Assembly: GCF_044704955.1 (NCBI RefSeq) | Contig: NC_091999.1 | Span: forward strand, 28,272,001 to 28,336,000 | Length of the DNA stretch: 64,000 bases | Direction: 5' to 3' | DNA from: Pristiophorus japonicus | Taxonomy: Eukaryota | In this document: piece by piece, positions 24,185 through 37,324 of the stretch | Numbering within the stretch: position 1 is the stretch's first letter | Layout of the letters: the number at the start of each line of letters is the position of its first letter | The notes under the pieces: generated by a model | Seen by the model: the letters and a program-made list of their open reading frames with translations, nothing else | Told to the model about the DNA's origin: nothing | Database searches by the model: none | Translations under genes and position numbers: made by a program

Positions 24185-25535
24185 ACTGGAGGTGAGGAAT
24201 GGAGATGAAAGGAGCAGAGAGGTGAGGAGGGGAGAAGAGAGAGGACAGGAGGTGGGAGGGGAGTAGACGAGAGGAGATGAGTGTGGAGGAGAGGAGAGAT
24301 GGGGAATTGGAGAGCAGAGGTGAGGAGAGGAGATCTGTTGAGTGGAGAAGAGAGCAGAACAGAGTAGAGGATAGGAGATGATTGGAGAGGGTGGGAGAAG
24401 GAAAGAGTGAAGATGAGCAGGAAGGGGAGGAGAGGTTAGTGGAGGATAGGATAGATGAGAGGGGAAGTAGAGAGGAGAGCAGAGGAGAGCAGAGCAGAGA
24501 TGAGTAGAGGAAAGCAGAGGAGAGTTGATAAGATGAAAGGAGAGGAGAAGAGAGGAGAAAAGAGGGGAGAAGAGAAGATAGGAGAGGGATGAGAGGAGTG
24601 GAGAGGCGAGGGGAGTGGAGATGAGTGTGTAGGGGAGAGGGGTGGAGAGGAGAGTGGTGTAGAGGTGGAGAGAAGGTAGGGGACAGAAGAGAGATGAGAG
24701 GAGCGGGGAGACGAGGAGAGGAGCGTAGCAGAGAAGGGAGGAATGGTGAGAAGTGGAGAGGTGAGAGGATGAGAGATAAGGAGAGTAGAGCAGAGGAGAG
24801 GGGAAGGGCAGTGGGAGAGCAGAGGAGAGACCGTCAGAGGAGAAGAGAGGAAGAGAGCGGGGAGAGCAGGGCGAGAAGAGATGAGAAGGGAGAGGAGGAG
24901 AGGGGTGAAGAGAGGGGAAGTGGAGATGAGAGTGGAGGAGAGAAGAGCTATGGAGATTCGAGCAATGGAGAGGAGAATAGAAGAGATGAGAGGATAGCAG
25001 AGAAAAGATGAAAGCAGAGTGGAGCGAGGAGGTAGTAGATTAGAAGAGAGGAGAGGACAAGCGAGGGGACAAGGGAGGAGATTAGAAGAGAGGGCAGGAG
25101 AGGATAGAAGAGTGGGTAACGGAGAGGGGAGTAGAGGTGAGTGGAGAAGAGGGGGGTAAGTTAGGGGAGAGAAGAGGAGAGAGAACACAGTGCATGAGAG
25201 GAGGAGGTGAAAAGAGGGTAGAGGAAAGGAGAGCAGAGGGGAGGAGAGGGTCGGAGTGGAGGAGAGGAGTGGAGAAGAGAGGACTGGAGAGGGTACAGGA
25301 CAGCAGAGGGAAGGAGAGGAGCGGGGAGGAGAGGAGAGGGGAGAACATCAGACGACACAAGTGAGGAGAGGAGTTAAAATGAAAGGAGAGAAGAGGTGAG
25401 GAGGAGAGGAGAGGGGTGAGGCGAGGAGGGGAGAATTTAGGGGAGAGGAGTCGAGATGATTGGAGTGGAGACGAGTGGAGAGGAGAGAGGTGAGTGGAGA
25501 GAGAAGCGACCTGAAAACAGGAGAGAGGAGAGGAT
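24185..25535 (+). repeat. ~1.35 kb polypurine (GGAGA)n-like low-complexity tract
   Basis: Almost entirely G/A on the + strand. Confidence 0.92.
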
Positions 25536-26324
25536 AGGTGAGAGAGCGACAGATAGAGAGAGAGACAAAGATATAAACAGACAATGATGGAAATACTCAG
25601 CAGGTTAGAGACAGGAACTAACCACGATAGGCAAAGAGATACGGACGGGCAGAGGCATAGACAGACAGAGATGATGGTAAAGAGAGAGACAGTCAGACAG
25701 AGAGATTGAGAGAATCCCATTCGAACAGAACTGGACACCGTGAGAAAGAGACAGATACATTGAGAAACAGAGACAAACAGTGAAACAGGGGGAGAGAGAC
25801 AGCGAGATAGAGACAGAGAGAGACAGAAAGTTTTAGACTGAGAGGGAGGGTCAGACTGAGTGAGACACACACTCAAAGACTTACAAACACAGAGATGTGT
25901 TTGCGTGCTCCATAAAGATAGGGAGGCAAATAGTGATGGAATGACAAGAAAAAGACAGAACAAAAAGGGAGACAGATAGAGAGAAAGACAGATAGAGAGA
26001 GAGACATAGAAACAAAAACAGAAAATGATGGAATGACTCATTAGGTTAGAGACAGGGACCGACACAGACAGAGATGATGGGAAAGAGAGAGACGGTCAGA
26101 TAGAGAGTCTGAGAGAATCCCTTTGGAACAGAACTGGACAAGTGGCAGACGAAGAGAGCCAAAGACTCAAACACATGCACAGCTCTCTAAAAAGTGAGAG
26201 AGGCAGAGACTGAGCGATACAGATACCTTTCATTATCTGCTCAGAGTGTCACCGAAACATGCAAATGATGTTAATCGGGTATCACTGAGAAGCATGGGAA
26301 GTAATCTCTGTTTAATTAAGCAAT

Positions 26325-26407
26325 TACCAGTTGTGGGGTTCGAACCCTCGAAGTTATAATTCCATTGGATCTTAAGTCCAACACCTTAACCACTCGGCCA
26401 TCCTGGG
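26325..26407 (-). tRNA. tRNA-Leu(TAA), diverged/probable pseudogene (unit 1)
   Basis: Reverse complement of ACCAGGATGGCCGAGTGGTTAAGG..GACTTAAGATCC..GGTTCGAACCCC; anticodon TAA retained, stem mismatches. Confidence 0.85.
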
Positions 26408-26742
26408 CCTGGCAAAAACGGGCTTTGTCTCTGTCAGAATTTGGGCTTCAACTCCACCCCCACAGACACACACATACACAGAGGGTTTCAGGGAGCATTT
26501 CCGAACATTTTTAGTGATATTGACACGGGGGCAACTCTCCTATTCTTTTTCGAGTAATGCTCTGGGACCTTTCACATCCATCCGAGGGAGCAGGCGGAGC
26601 TTCAATTTCAGAACCGCATTATTTTCCCCAAGTTTTTTAAAAATTTCCAGGACGCACCAAATTCATGGTGATGATTTCCACAGACAGTTGCACATACACA
26701 GAGACACACACACATAATATAACCAAAAATATACACGCATCA

Positions 26743-27460
26743 ACATAGAAACATAGAAATTAGGTGCAGGAATATGCCATTCGGCGCTTCGAGCCTGCAC
26801 CACCATTCAATAACATCATGGCTGATTATTCAACCTCAGTACCCCTTTCCTGCTTTCTCTCCATACCCCTTCATCCCTTTAGCAGTAAGGGCAATATCTA
26901 ACTCCCTTTTGAATATATCTAACCAACTGGCCACAACGACTTTCTGCAGTAGATAATTTCACAGGTTAACCACTCTCTGAGTGAAAACGTTTCTCCTCAT
27001 CTCGTTTCTAAATGGTTTACCCCTTACTGAAAGACTGTGATCCTTGGTCTCGAACTCCCCAGCAGCGAGAACATTCTTCCAGCCTCTAAGCTGTCCAATC
27101 TCGTCAGAATTTTACATGTTTCTTTGAAATCTCCTCTCATTCTTCTAAACTCCAGTGGATACCAGCCCAGTTCATCCAGTCTCTCCTCATATGTCAGTCC
27201 TGCCATCCCGGGAATCAAGCTGCTGAACCTGCGCTGTACTCCCTCAATAGCAAGGACGTCCTTCCTCAGATTCGGAGACCGAAACTGAACACAATATTCC
27301 AGGTGTGGCCTCACGGAGGCCCTGTACCACTGCAGTTAGACCTCCCTGCTCCTATACTCAAATCCCCTAGCTATGAAGGGGAACATGCCATTTGCCTTCT
27401 TCATCGCCTGCTGCACCTGCATACCAACAATCAATGACTGATGTATCATGACACCCAGAT
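26743..27460 (-). mobile_element. CR1 3' fragment in tRNA unit 1
   Basis: RPHLEYCVQF..RRMRGD ORF remnant; ATAGAAAC tail. Confidence 0.88.
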
Positions 27461-27963
27461 CAAGATATACAAGAATTGCCTTTGACAAATAGATGGATAG
27501 ACAGGCAGTGTCACTGTTGCAACTTTGGCTGTCTTTTGCGTTTTTCAGTCGAGGATACTGCCACTGAACCAAAGCCGATACCAAAGTTCACAACCGTATT
27601 ATTTTCCCCAAGACTTTTTTACAAGTTTCAGCACATACCAAATTCATGGTGATGATTTGCACAGACAGTTGCACATACACAGAGACATATATACAGAACG
27701 ACAGACCCACACAAATAACCAAAAATATACATGCACCAACAGACATGCCTTCGACATACAGAGGGATAGACAGGTTGAATCACTGTCGCTGCATTGGCAG
27801 ATTTTTGCGTTTTTCTATCCGTATGTATCATGAATATTGCAGATTAATAAAAATGAGAAATAGATGTCAGTGTTGAAATGTGTGGGACATTATTCCGCCT
27901 ATCTCAGGATCCATTTTGCAAAAACCTGGTTAAATTTTAAATGGAATGAAAAATGCGGTGAAT

Positions 27964-28044
27964 TGTAGTTGGCAGGGTTCGAACCAATGCGCAGAAAACC
28001 CAAAGGATTTCCAGACCATCGCTTTAACCACTCAGCAAAATTAC
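27964..28044 (-). pseudogene. tRNA-Ser(AGA)-derived pseudogene (unit 1)
   Basis: Degenerate Ser-AGA; anticodon reads GGA, broken stems. Confidence 0.78.
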
Positions 28045-28262
28045 TGCGTCTCTGGCACTTTAAATGTTGCTCAGAAAAAACTCAGTCATCCATGTCTGTG
28101 CAGCAGACGGCAACAAAATCCTGAAAAAGTCTCCGTTGCAAAAAGTCAGGAAGAGGCAATCTCCTCTTGCTGTAATTTTATTGTTCTATATTGCTCTGGA
28201 ACTTTTTAATATGAATCCATACCAAGAAACAGAAGAACAATTCGACATTTTGAAAAAACTGC

Positions 28263-28335
28263 TTTTCCGTCAGGAAATTGAACCCGGTTCTCCCACGGAA
28301 CAGGGAAAGCATAATCACCACTATACGGACGAGGG
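28263..28335 (-). pseudogene. tRNA-Asp(GTC)-derived pseudogene (unit 1)
   Basis: Degenerate reverse complement of TCCTCGTTAGTATAGTGGTGAGTATC.. Confidence 0.72.
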
Positions 28336-29435
28336 AATGGGTTGCGTCAGAGCAGTAATCGAGCTGTGAACAGAAGTCGACAGACACATTGATCGACAGA
28401 CACAAACCGACAAACAGGGATAGACAGACAGCGAGAGAGAGACAACGAGAGACAGAAAGGGTGAGACTGAAAAGTCAGTCAGAGACAGCGAGAAAAAGAC
28501 TCAAACACCTACATATACAGAGATGTGTAAGTGTGATCTATAAAAAGAGAGGGAAAGAGTGAGAGAAAGACAGTGATAAAGACAGTGACAAATTGAGAGA
28601 CAGATAGAGAGAGAGCGACAGATAGAGGGAGAGACAAAGATATAAACAGAAAATTATGGAAATACTCAGCAGGTTAGAGACAGGAACTACCAGCGACAGG
28701 CAAAGAGAGACAGACAGGCAGAAACATAGAGAGACAGAGATGATGGGAAAGAGTGAGACAGTCAGACAGAGAGACTGAGAGAATCCCATTCGAACAGAAC
28801 TGGACACGGTGAGAAAGTGACAGACACATTGAGAACCAGAGACAAACAGGAAAACAGGGAGAGACAGACAGTGAGATAGAGACAAAGAGAGTCATAAAGT
28901 TTGAGTCTGAAAGAGAGGATCAGACTGATGTGAAAAAGACTCAAACACATACATACACACAGATGTATTTGCGTGCTCCATAAAGAGAGGGAGGCATTTA
29001 GCGATGGAATGACAGAGAAAAGGACAGGGACAAAGAGAGAGACAAAGAGGGAGACAGATAGAGAGAAAGACAGATCGAGAGAGAGACATTGAGACAAAAA
29101 CAGCAAATAATGGAAATACTTATCAGGTTAGAGTCAGGGACTAACAGAGACAGGCAAAGACATGGACAGACAGAGATAATGGGACAGAGAGAGACAGTCA
29201 GACAGAGAGTGTCAGAGAGAGGCATACTGAGAGAGACAAAGACTCAAACACACAAACACAAACACAGCTCTCTAAAGAGAGAGAGCGGCAGAGACCGAGC
29301 GACACAGATACATTTCACAATTTCATTTCATTATCGGCTCAGAGTGTCATATCGTTACAGACAATTGCAGATTCAGCAGATGAGAATCGGGTATCACTGA
29401 GCAGGATGGGAAAAATCTACGTTTAATTAAGGAAT

Positions 29436-29518
29436 TACCAGGACTGTGGTTCAAACCCACGCGGGTATAAACCCATTAAATCTTAAATGCAACGCCTTTA
29501 CCACTCGGCCTTCCTGGT
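29436..29518 (-). pseudogene. tRNA-Leu(TAA) pseudogene (unit 2)
   Basis: Homologous to 26325-26407; B-box mutated. Confidence 0.8.
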
Positions 29519-30052
29519 CCTGATCCTGTCAATGGTTGGACTCTGCCTCTGTGAGAATCTGGGCTTCAGCTCCACCCCCAAAGCGACACACAGACACATC
29601 GGATTTCAGGGAGCATTTACGAACATATTTCTTAATATTGACACGGGCGCAACTCTCCTATTCTTTTTTGACTAAGGCTCTGGGAACTTTCACATCCACC
29701 CGAGGGTGCAGATGGAGCTTCAATTTAAAATTTCAGCCGATGCTCAACAGCGTCAACAATGCAACATTCCCCAAGTACTGCATTTGAGTGTCAGCCAAGA
29801 TGATGTGTTCAAGTCTCAGGAGTGGGACTTACACACACAACCTCCTGATTCAGTCGAGAATGTAGCCACTGAACCAAAACCGATATCAAAGATCACAACC
29901 GTATTATTTTCCCCAAGATTTTTTAAAAGTTCCAGGACGTACCAAATTCATGGTGATGATTTCCATAGAGAGTTGCACATACACAGAGACATACATACAT
30001 ATAGACATACATAGACACACGCACGTACAATAACCAAAGATATACACGCATC

Positions 30053-30760
30053 AACATGGAAACATAGAAACATAGACATTTTGTGCAGGAATATGCCATT
30101 CGGCCCTTCGAGCCTGCACCACCATTCAATAAGATCATGGCTCAACATTCAACCTCAGTACCCCTTTCCTGCTTTCTCTCCATATCCCTTGATCGCTTTA
30201 GCCGTAAGTGCCCCTTTGAATATATCTAACGAACTGGCCTCAACGACATTCTGCGGTAGAAAATTTCACCGGTTAACCACTCTCTGAGTGAAGAAGTTTC
30301 TCCTCATCTCGGTGCTAAATGGCTTACACCTTATTCTTAGACTATGATCCTTGGTCTCGAACACCAGAGCAGCTGGAACATTCTTCCAGCCTCTAAGATG
30401 TCCAATATCGTCAGAATTTTATATGTTTCTATGAGATCCCCTCTCATTCTTCTAAACTCCAGTGGATACCAGCACAGTTGATCCAGTCTCTCCTCATATG
30501 TCAGTCCTGCCATTCCGGGAATCATGCTGGTGAACTTTCGCTGTACTCCCTCAATAGCAAGGACGTCCTTCCTCAGATTTGGAGACAAAAACTGAACACA
30601 ATATTCCAGGTGTGGCCTCACCAAGGCCCTGTACAACAGCAGTAAGACCTCACTGCTCCTATACTCAAATCCCCTAGCTATGAAGGCGAACATGCCTTTT
30701 GCCTGCTCCACCTGCACACCAACAATCAATGACTGATTTACCATGACACCCATATTAAGA
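30053..30760 (-). mobile_element. CR1 3' fragment in tRNA unit 2
   Basis: Same boundaries as the unit-1 copy. Confidence 0.88.
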
Positions 30761-31290
30761 TATACACAGGTTGCCTTAGACAAATAGATGGATAGACAGG
30801 CAGGGTCACTGTAGCTACTTTGGCTGGCTTTTGCGTTTTTCAGTCGAGGATGCTGCCACTGAACCAAAGCCGATACCAAAGTTCACAGCCGTATTATTTT
30901 CCCCAACACTTTTTAAAAAGTTCCAGGACATACCAAATTCATGGTGATGATTTCCACAGACAGTTGCACATACACAGAGACATAGATACAGATAGACAGA
31001 CACAGAGACACACACACACACATAACCAAAAATATACATGCACCAACGGACATGCACAGATGCCTTATACATATAGAGGGATAGACAGGCTGAATCACTG
31101 TCGCTACTTTGGCTGATTATTGCGTTTTTCTATCCGTATGTGTCTTGAATATTGCAGATATTGAGATTTTGCATAAAAATGAGAAATAGATGTCAGTGTT
31201 GAAAGGTGTGGGACGATCTTCCGCCTTTCTCAGGATCAGTTTTGCAAAAACCTGCTTAAATTGTAAAATGGAATGAAAAATGCTGAGAAT

Positions 31291-31372
31291 CGGAGCCGGC
31301 AGGATTCGTTCCAGCGCGGGGAAAACCAAAAGGATTTCTCGACCATCGCGTTAACCACTCGGCTACAACTAC
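31291..31372 (-). pseudogene. tRNA-Ser(AGA) pseudogene (unit 2)
   Basis: Degenerate Ser-AGA; T-loop mutated. Confidence 0.78.
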
Positions 31373-31590
31373 TGCGTCTCTGGCACTTAAAATATGACTC
31401 AGAAAAAACTCAGTCATCCATCTCTGTGCAGCAGACGGAACAGAATCCTGAAAAAGTCTCCGTTTGCAAAAAATCTGGTGGAGGCAATCGCCTCTTGCTG
31501 TATCTTTACTGTTCTATATTGCTCTGAAACTTTTTAACATGAATCTATACCAAGAAACAGAAGTAAAATTCGACATTTTGAAAAAACAGC

Positions 31591-31662
31591 TTTTCTGTTG
31601 GGGAATTAAATCCAGTTCTCCCACGTAACAGACGGGGATACTCACCACTATACGGACGAGGG
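31591..31662 (-). pseudogene. tRNA-Asp pseudogene (unit 2)
   Basis: GGGGATACTCACCACTATAC core; anticodon altered. Confidence 0.75.
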
Positions 31663-32628
31663 TACAGGTTGTGTCAGAGCAGTTATCGAGCTGTGAACAG
31701 AAGTCTGCAGACACATTGACAGACAGAGACAAACAGGGGGAGAAAAATAGCGAGAGAGAGAGACAACGAGAGACAGAAAGGGTGAGCCTGAAAAGTCAGG
31801 CAGACTCTGAGAAAAAGACTCAACCACTTCCATATAGAGAGATGTGTGTGTGTGATCAATAAAGAGCGAGAGGGAAAGAGTGAAAGAAAGACAGTGATAA
31901 AGACAGTGACAAGGAGAGAGACAGATAGAGAGAGAGCGACAGATAGAGAGATATACAGAGATATAAACAGAAAATGATGGAAATACTCAGCAGGTTAGAG
32001 GCAGGAACTACCAGCGACAAGCAAAGAGATACAGATAGGCAGAAATATAGACAGACAGAGATGATGGGAAAGAGTGAGACAGTCAGACAGAGAGACTGAG
32101 AGAATCCCATTCGAACAGAACTGGACACCATGAGAAAGTGACAGACACATTGAGAAACAGAGAAAAGAACAGGGACAAAGAGAGAGACAAAGAGGGCGAC
32201 AGATAGAGAGAAAGACAGATAGAGAGAGAGAGACATAGAGACAAAAACAGAAAATAATGGAAATACTTATCAGGTTAGAGACAGGGAGTAACAGAGACAG
32301 GCAAAGACATGGACAGACAGAGATTCTGAGAGATTCCCATTGCAACAGATCTCGACACTGTGAGAAAGAGACAGATTGAGAGACAGAGACAAACAGAGAA
32401 ACAGGAACAGACAGAGTGGGTCAGAGATGCAGACTGAGAGAGACAAAGACTCAAACACATAAACACAAACACAGCTCGCTGAAGAGAGAGAGCGACACAG
32501 ATACATTTCACAATTTCATTTAATTATCGGCTCAGAGTGTCACAGAGTTGCAGGAAATTGGAGATTCAGCAGATGGAAATCGGGTATCACTGAGCAGGAT
32601 GGGAAAAATCTCTGTTTAATGAAGGAAT

Positions 32629-32711
32629 TACCAGTAGTGGGGTTTGAACCCACGGGGTAATAAACCCATTACATCTTAAGTCCAACGCCTTTACCATTCG
32701 GTCATCCTGGT
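32629..32711 (-). pseudogene. tRNA-Leu(TAA) pseudogene (unit 3)
   Basis: TCTTAAGTCCAACGCC anticodon arm on +. Confidence 0.8.
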
Positions 32712-33246
32712 CCTGATCCTGTCAGTGGTTGGACTCTGCTTCTGTGAGAATCTGGGCTTCAGCTCCACCCCCAGAGCGACACACAGAGACATTGGATTTC
32801 AGGGAGCATTTACGAACATTTTTCGTAATATTGACACGGGCGCAGCTCTCCAATTCTTTTTCGACTAAGGCTCTGGGAATTTTCACATCCACCCGAGGGG
32901 GCAGATGGAGCTTCAATTTAAAATTTCAGCCGATGGTCAACAGCTTCAACAATGCAACATTCCCCATGTACTGCATTTGAGAGTCATCCAAGATGATGTG
33001 TTCAAGTCTCAGGAGTGGGACTTACACACACAACCTCCTGATGCAGTCGAGAATGGAGCCACTGTACCGAAACCGATACCAAAGTTTACAACCATATTAT
33101 TTTCCCCAAATTTTTAAAAAAGTTCCAGGACACACCAAATTCATGGTGATGATTTCCACAGACAGTTGCACATACACAGAGACATGCATACAGATAGACA
33201 TACACAGACACACGCACACACAATAACCAAAACTTTACACGCATCA

Positions 33247-33950
33247 ACATAGAAAGATAGTGACAGACAAATTAGGTGCAGGAATATGCCATTCGGCCCT
33301 TCGATCATGGATCATCATTCAACCTCAGTACACCTTTCCTGCTTTCTCTCCATACCCCTTGATCGCTTTAGCCGTAAGGGCCATATCTAATTCCCTTTTG
33401 AATATATCTAACGAACTGGCCTCAACGACTTTCTGCGGTAGAAAATTTCACAGGTTAACCACTCTCTGAGTGAAGAAGTTTCTCCTCATCTCGGTCCTAG
33501 ATGGCTTACCCCTTACTCTTAGACTGTAATCCTTGTTCTCATACTCCCTAGCAACGAGAACATTCTTTCAGCCTCTGAGCTGTCCAATCTCGTCAGAATT
33601 TTATATGTTTCTGTGTGATCCCCTCTCATTCTTCTAAACTCCAGTGGATACCAGCCCAGTTGATCTAGTCTCTTCTCATATGTCAATCCTGCCATCCCGG
33701 GAATCATGCTGGTGAACCTTCGCTGTACTCCCTCAATAGCAAGGACGTCCTTCCTCAGATTCGCGGACCAAAACTGAACACAATATTCCAAGTGTGGCCT
33801 CAACAAGGCCCTGTACAACTGCAGTAAGACCTCCCTGCTCCTATACTCAAATCCCCTAGCAATGAAGGCGAACATGCCATTTGCCTTCTTCACCGCCTGC
33901 TACACCTGCATGCAACTTTCAATGACTGATGTGCAATGACACCCAGATCA
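33247..33950 (-). mobile_element. CR1 3' fragment in tRNA unit 3
   Basis: Same boundaries as units 1-2; ORF 33519-33893. Confidence 0.88.
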
Positions 33951-34183
33951 ATATATACATAGGTTGCCTTAGACAAATAGATGGATAGACAGGCAGGGTC
34001 ACTGAGGATACTTTGGCTAGTTTTTGCGTTTTTCTATCCGTATGTATCGTGAATACTGCAGATTAATCAAAGAAAGAAAACAGCGGCTGCGTCGAAAGAT
34101 GTGGGACGTTGCTCCATCTATCTCAGAATCAGTTTTGCAGTAACGTGGGTAAATTGTGAAACAGAATGAAATATGCTGAGAAA

Positions 34184-34265
34184 CATAGTCGGCAGAGTTC
34201 AAACCTGCGCAGCGAAACCCCGATGGGTTTTTTGTCTATTGCCTGACCCACTCGGCCACGACGAC
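34184..34265 (-). pseudogene. tRNA-Ser pseudogene (unit 3)
   Basis: CACTCGGCCACGACGAC 5' end; anticodon arm degraded. Confidence 0.72.
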
Positions 34266-34483
34266 TGGCTCGCTGCATCAATAAATGGTACTCAGATAAA
34301 ACTCAGTCATCCATCTCTGTGCAGCAGACGGCCACAGAATCCGGAAAAGGTCTCCGTTTGCTAAAAATCTGGAAGAGGCAATCTCCTCTTCCTGTATTTG
34401 TACTGTTCTGTATTGCTCTGGAACTTTTTAACATGAATCAACAACAAGAAACAGAAGTCCAATTCTACATTTTGTAAAAGCTG

Positions 34484-34555
34484 TCACCGCGTCGGGAGTA
34501 GAACCACGGTCTCCGGCAGAACAGGCGGGGATACTCACCACGTTACTAACGAGCA
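34484..34555 (-). pseudogene. tRNA-Asp pseudogene (unit 3)
   Basis: ACAGGCGGGGATACTCACCAC..ACTAACGAG. Confidence 0.75.
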
Positions 34556-35284
34556 TGAGTTCTATCACAGCAGGAATCGAGCTGTGAACAGAACTGGACA
34601 CCATGAGAAGTCGACAGACACATTGAGAGACAGAGACAAACTGACAACCAGGGAGAGACAGACAGCGAGATAGAGACAACGAGAGACAGAAAATGTGAGA
34701 CTGAGAAGGAGAGTCAGACTGAGTGAGAAAAAGAATCAAACATATACATATATCGAGATGTATGTGTGTGATCTATTAAGAGAGAGAGGGAAAGAGTGAG
34801 AGAAAGCCAATGATAAAGACAGTGACAAGGAGACAGATAGAGAGAGAGAGATAGAGACTAAAACAGAAAATGAAGGAAATACTTCTCAGCTTACAGGCAG
34901 GGACTACCAGAGACAGGCAAAGACATGGACAGACCGAAATGATGGGAAAGAGAGAGCCAGTCAGACAAAGAGTCTGAGAGAATCCCATTGGAACAGACGT
35001 GGCACCGTGAGAAAGAGACAGATTGAGAGACAGAGACATGCAGAGAAACAGGGACAGACATAGTGAGTCAGACTGAGAGAGACAAAGACTCAAACATACA
35101 AACACATACACAACTCTCTGAAGAGAGAGAGAGAGGCAGAGACCGAGCGAGACAGATAAATTTCACAATTTCATTTCATTATCGGTTCAGAGTGTCACAC
35201 AGTTACAGAAAATTGTTGATTCAACCGATGAAAAAACGGTCTCACTGATCAGAATGGGAGGAAATCCGTGTTAAATTAAAGAGA

Positions 35285-35367
35285 TACCAGGAGTGGGGTA
35301 CGAACCCACGCGGGAAAAACCCCATTGAGTTTTAAGGCCAATGCCTCAACCACTCGGCTATCCTGGT
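35285..35367 (-). pseudogene. tRNA-Leu(TAA) pseudogene (unit 4)
   Basis: TACCAGGAGTGGGG..CGAACCCACGCG..CACTCGGCTATCCTGGT. Confidence 0.8.
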
Positions 35368-36131
35368 CCTGTGCGAACCTGGATTCCGTCTCTGTGAGAA
35401 TCTGGGCTTCAACCCCATCCCCACATACAAACACATACACATCGGCTTTCAGTGAGCATTTGCGAACATTTTTCGGAATACTTACACGGGGGCAACTCTC
35501 TTACTCTGTTTCGAGTAATGCTCTGGGACATTTCATATCCACCCGAGGTTGCAGACGGAGCTTCAATTTAACATTTCACCCGAAAGTCAACAGCTTCAAC
35601 ATTGCAAAATTCTCCAAGTGCTGCACTTGGGTGTTAGCCAAGATGATATGCTCAAGTCCAAGGATTGGACTTGAACACACAAACTCCCGATTCAGTCGTG
35701 AATGCTGCCACTGAACCAAAGCCGATACAAAAGTTTACAACCGTATTATTTTCCCCAAGTCTTTTTTATAAGTTCCAGGACATACCAATATCATGGTGAT
35801 GATTTCCAAAGACAGTTGCACATACACAGAATACATATATAGAGATAGACAGACACAGAGACACACACACACAGAACCAAAAATTTACATGCACCAACGG
35901 GCATGCACAGATGCCTTAGACATCTCGAGGGATAGACAGACTGAATCACTGTCGCAACTTTGACTGATGTTTGCGATTTTTTTAAACGGATGTATCGTGA
36001 ATATTGCAGATTAATACAAATGAGAAAACAATGTCAGTGTTGAAAGGTGTGGGACGTTATTCCATCTATCTCAGGATCAGTTTGGCAGAGAACTGGTTAA
36101 ATTGTGAAATGGAATGAAAAATGCTGAGAAT

Positions 36132-36213
36132 TGCAGTTGGCAGGATTCGAACCAGCACGGGACAAACCAAGTGGATTTCTAGTACTTCGACTTAACCACT
36201 CGGCCACGACTAC
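36132..36213 (-). pseudogene. tRNA-Ser(AGA) pseudogene (unit 4)
   Basis: GCAGGATTCGAACC..GGATTTCTAGT..TTAACCACTCGGCCACGACTAC. Confidence 0.82.
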
Positions 36214-36428
36214 TGTTTCGCTGCCTTGCTAAACGTTACTCAGAAAAAAACTCAGTCATCCATCTCTGTGCAGCAGACGACCAAAGACTCCTGAAAAAGT
36301 CTCCGTTTGCTTAAAATCTGGAAGAGGCAATCTCCTCTTCCTGTATTGTTGCAGTTCGATATTGCACTGGAACTTTTTAATATGAATCTCTTCCAAGAAA
36401 CAGAAGTAAAATTCAACATTTTAAATGC

Positions 36429-36500
36429 CTCTCCGTCTGGGAATTGAACCCCAGTCTCCCGCTTGACAGGCGGTGATACTCACCGATATACTAATGAGGA
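36429..36500 (-). pseudogene. tRNA-Asp(GTC) pseudogene (unit 4)
   Basis: Anticodon GTC retained; several stem mismatches. Confidence 0.8.
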
Positions 36501-37243
36501 ACTGACGGATATCAGTGATGTCAGAGCAGGAATCGAGCTGCGAACAGAACTGGACACCATGAGAAGTCGACAGGCACATTGAGAGACAGAGACAAGCCAA
36601 CAAACAGGGAGAGACATACAGCGAGATAGAGGCAACGAGAGACAGAAAGTGTGAGGCTGAGAAGGAGAGGCAGACTGAGTGAGAAAAAGACTCAAACATA
36701 TACATATACACAGATGTGTGTGTGTAATCTATTAAGAGAGAGATGGAAAGAGTGAGAGAAAGACAATGATTGAGACAGTGACAAGGAGAGAGACAGATAG
36801 AGAGAGAGATAAAGAGACTAAAACAGAAAATGATGGAAATACTTCTCAGCTTACAGGCAGGGACTAACAGAGACAGGCAAAGACATGGACAGACCGAAAT
36901 GATGGGAAAGAGAGAGCCAGTCAGACAAAGAGTCTGAGAGAATCCCATTGGAACAGACGTGGGCACCGTGAGAACGAGACAGATTGAGAGACAGAGACAA
37001 ACAGAGAAACAGGTACAGACAGAGTGAGTCAGACTGAGAGATAAAAAGACTCAAACATACAAACACATGCACAGCTCTCTGAAGAGAGAGAGAGGCAGAG
37101 ACCGAGCGACACAGATATCTTTCACAATTTCATTTCATTATCGGTTCAGCGTATCACATAGTTACAGAAAATTGCTGATTCAACCGATGAAAATCCGGCA
37201 TCACTGATCAGAATGGGAGGAAATCCGTGTTTAATTAAAGAGA

Positions 37244-37324
37244 TACCAGGAGTAGGGAAGAACCCACGCCGGAAAAACATATTGAATTTTCAGGCCAACG
37301 CCTTAACCACTCGGCTATCCTGGT
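37244..37324 (-). pseudogene. tRNA-Leu pseudogene (unit 5)
   Basis: T-loop deletion; anticodon altered. Confidence 0.75.

Noticed and set aside
24185-25535. Ig switch region
   Set aside because: It lies downstream of the C exons, is not AGCT-rich, and canonical S regions are not known in sharks.
24436-26065. Long Leu/Ser/Pro-rich or Arg/Gly/Glu-rich ORFs
   Set aside because: Artefacts of GA-rich low-complexity DNA; the same applies to the ORFs in the tRNA spacers.
27964-37324. Novel anticodons (e.g. Ser-GGA) as recoding tRNAs
   Set aside because: They come with many stem and box mutations, consistent with neutral decay.
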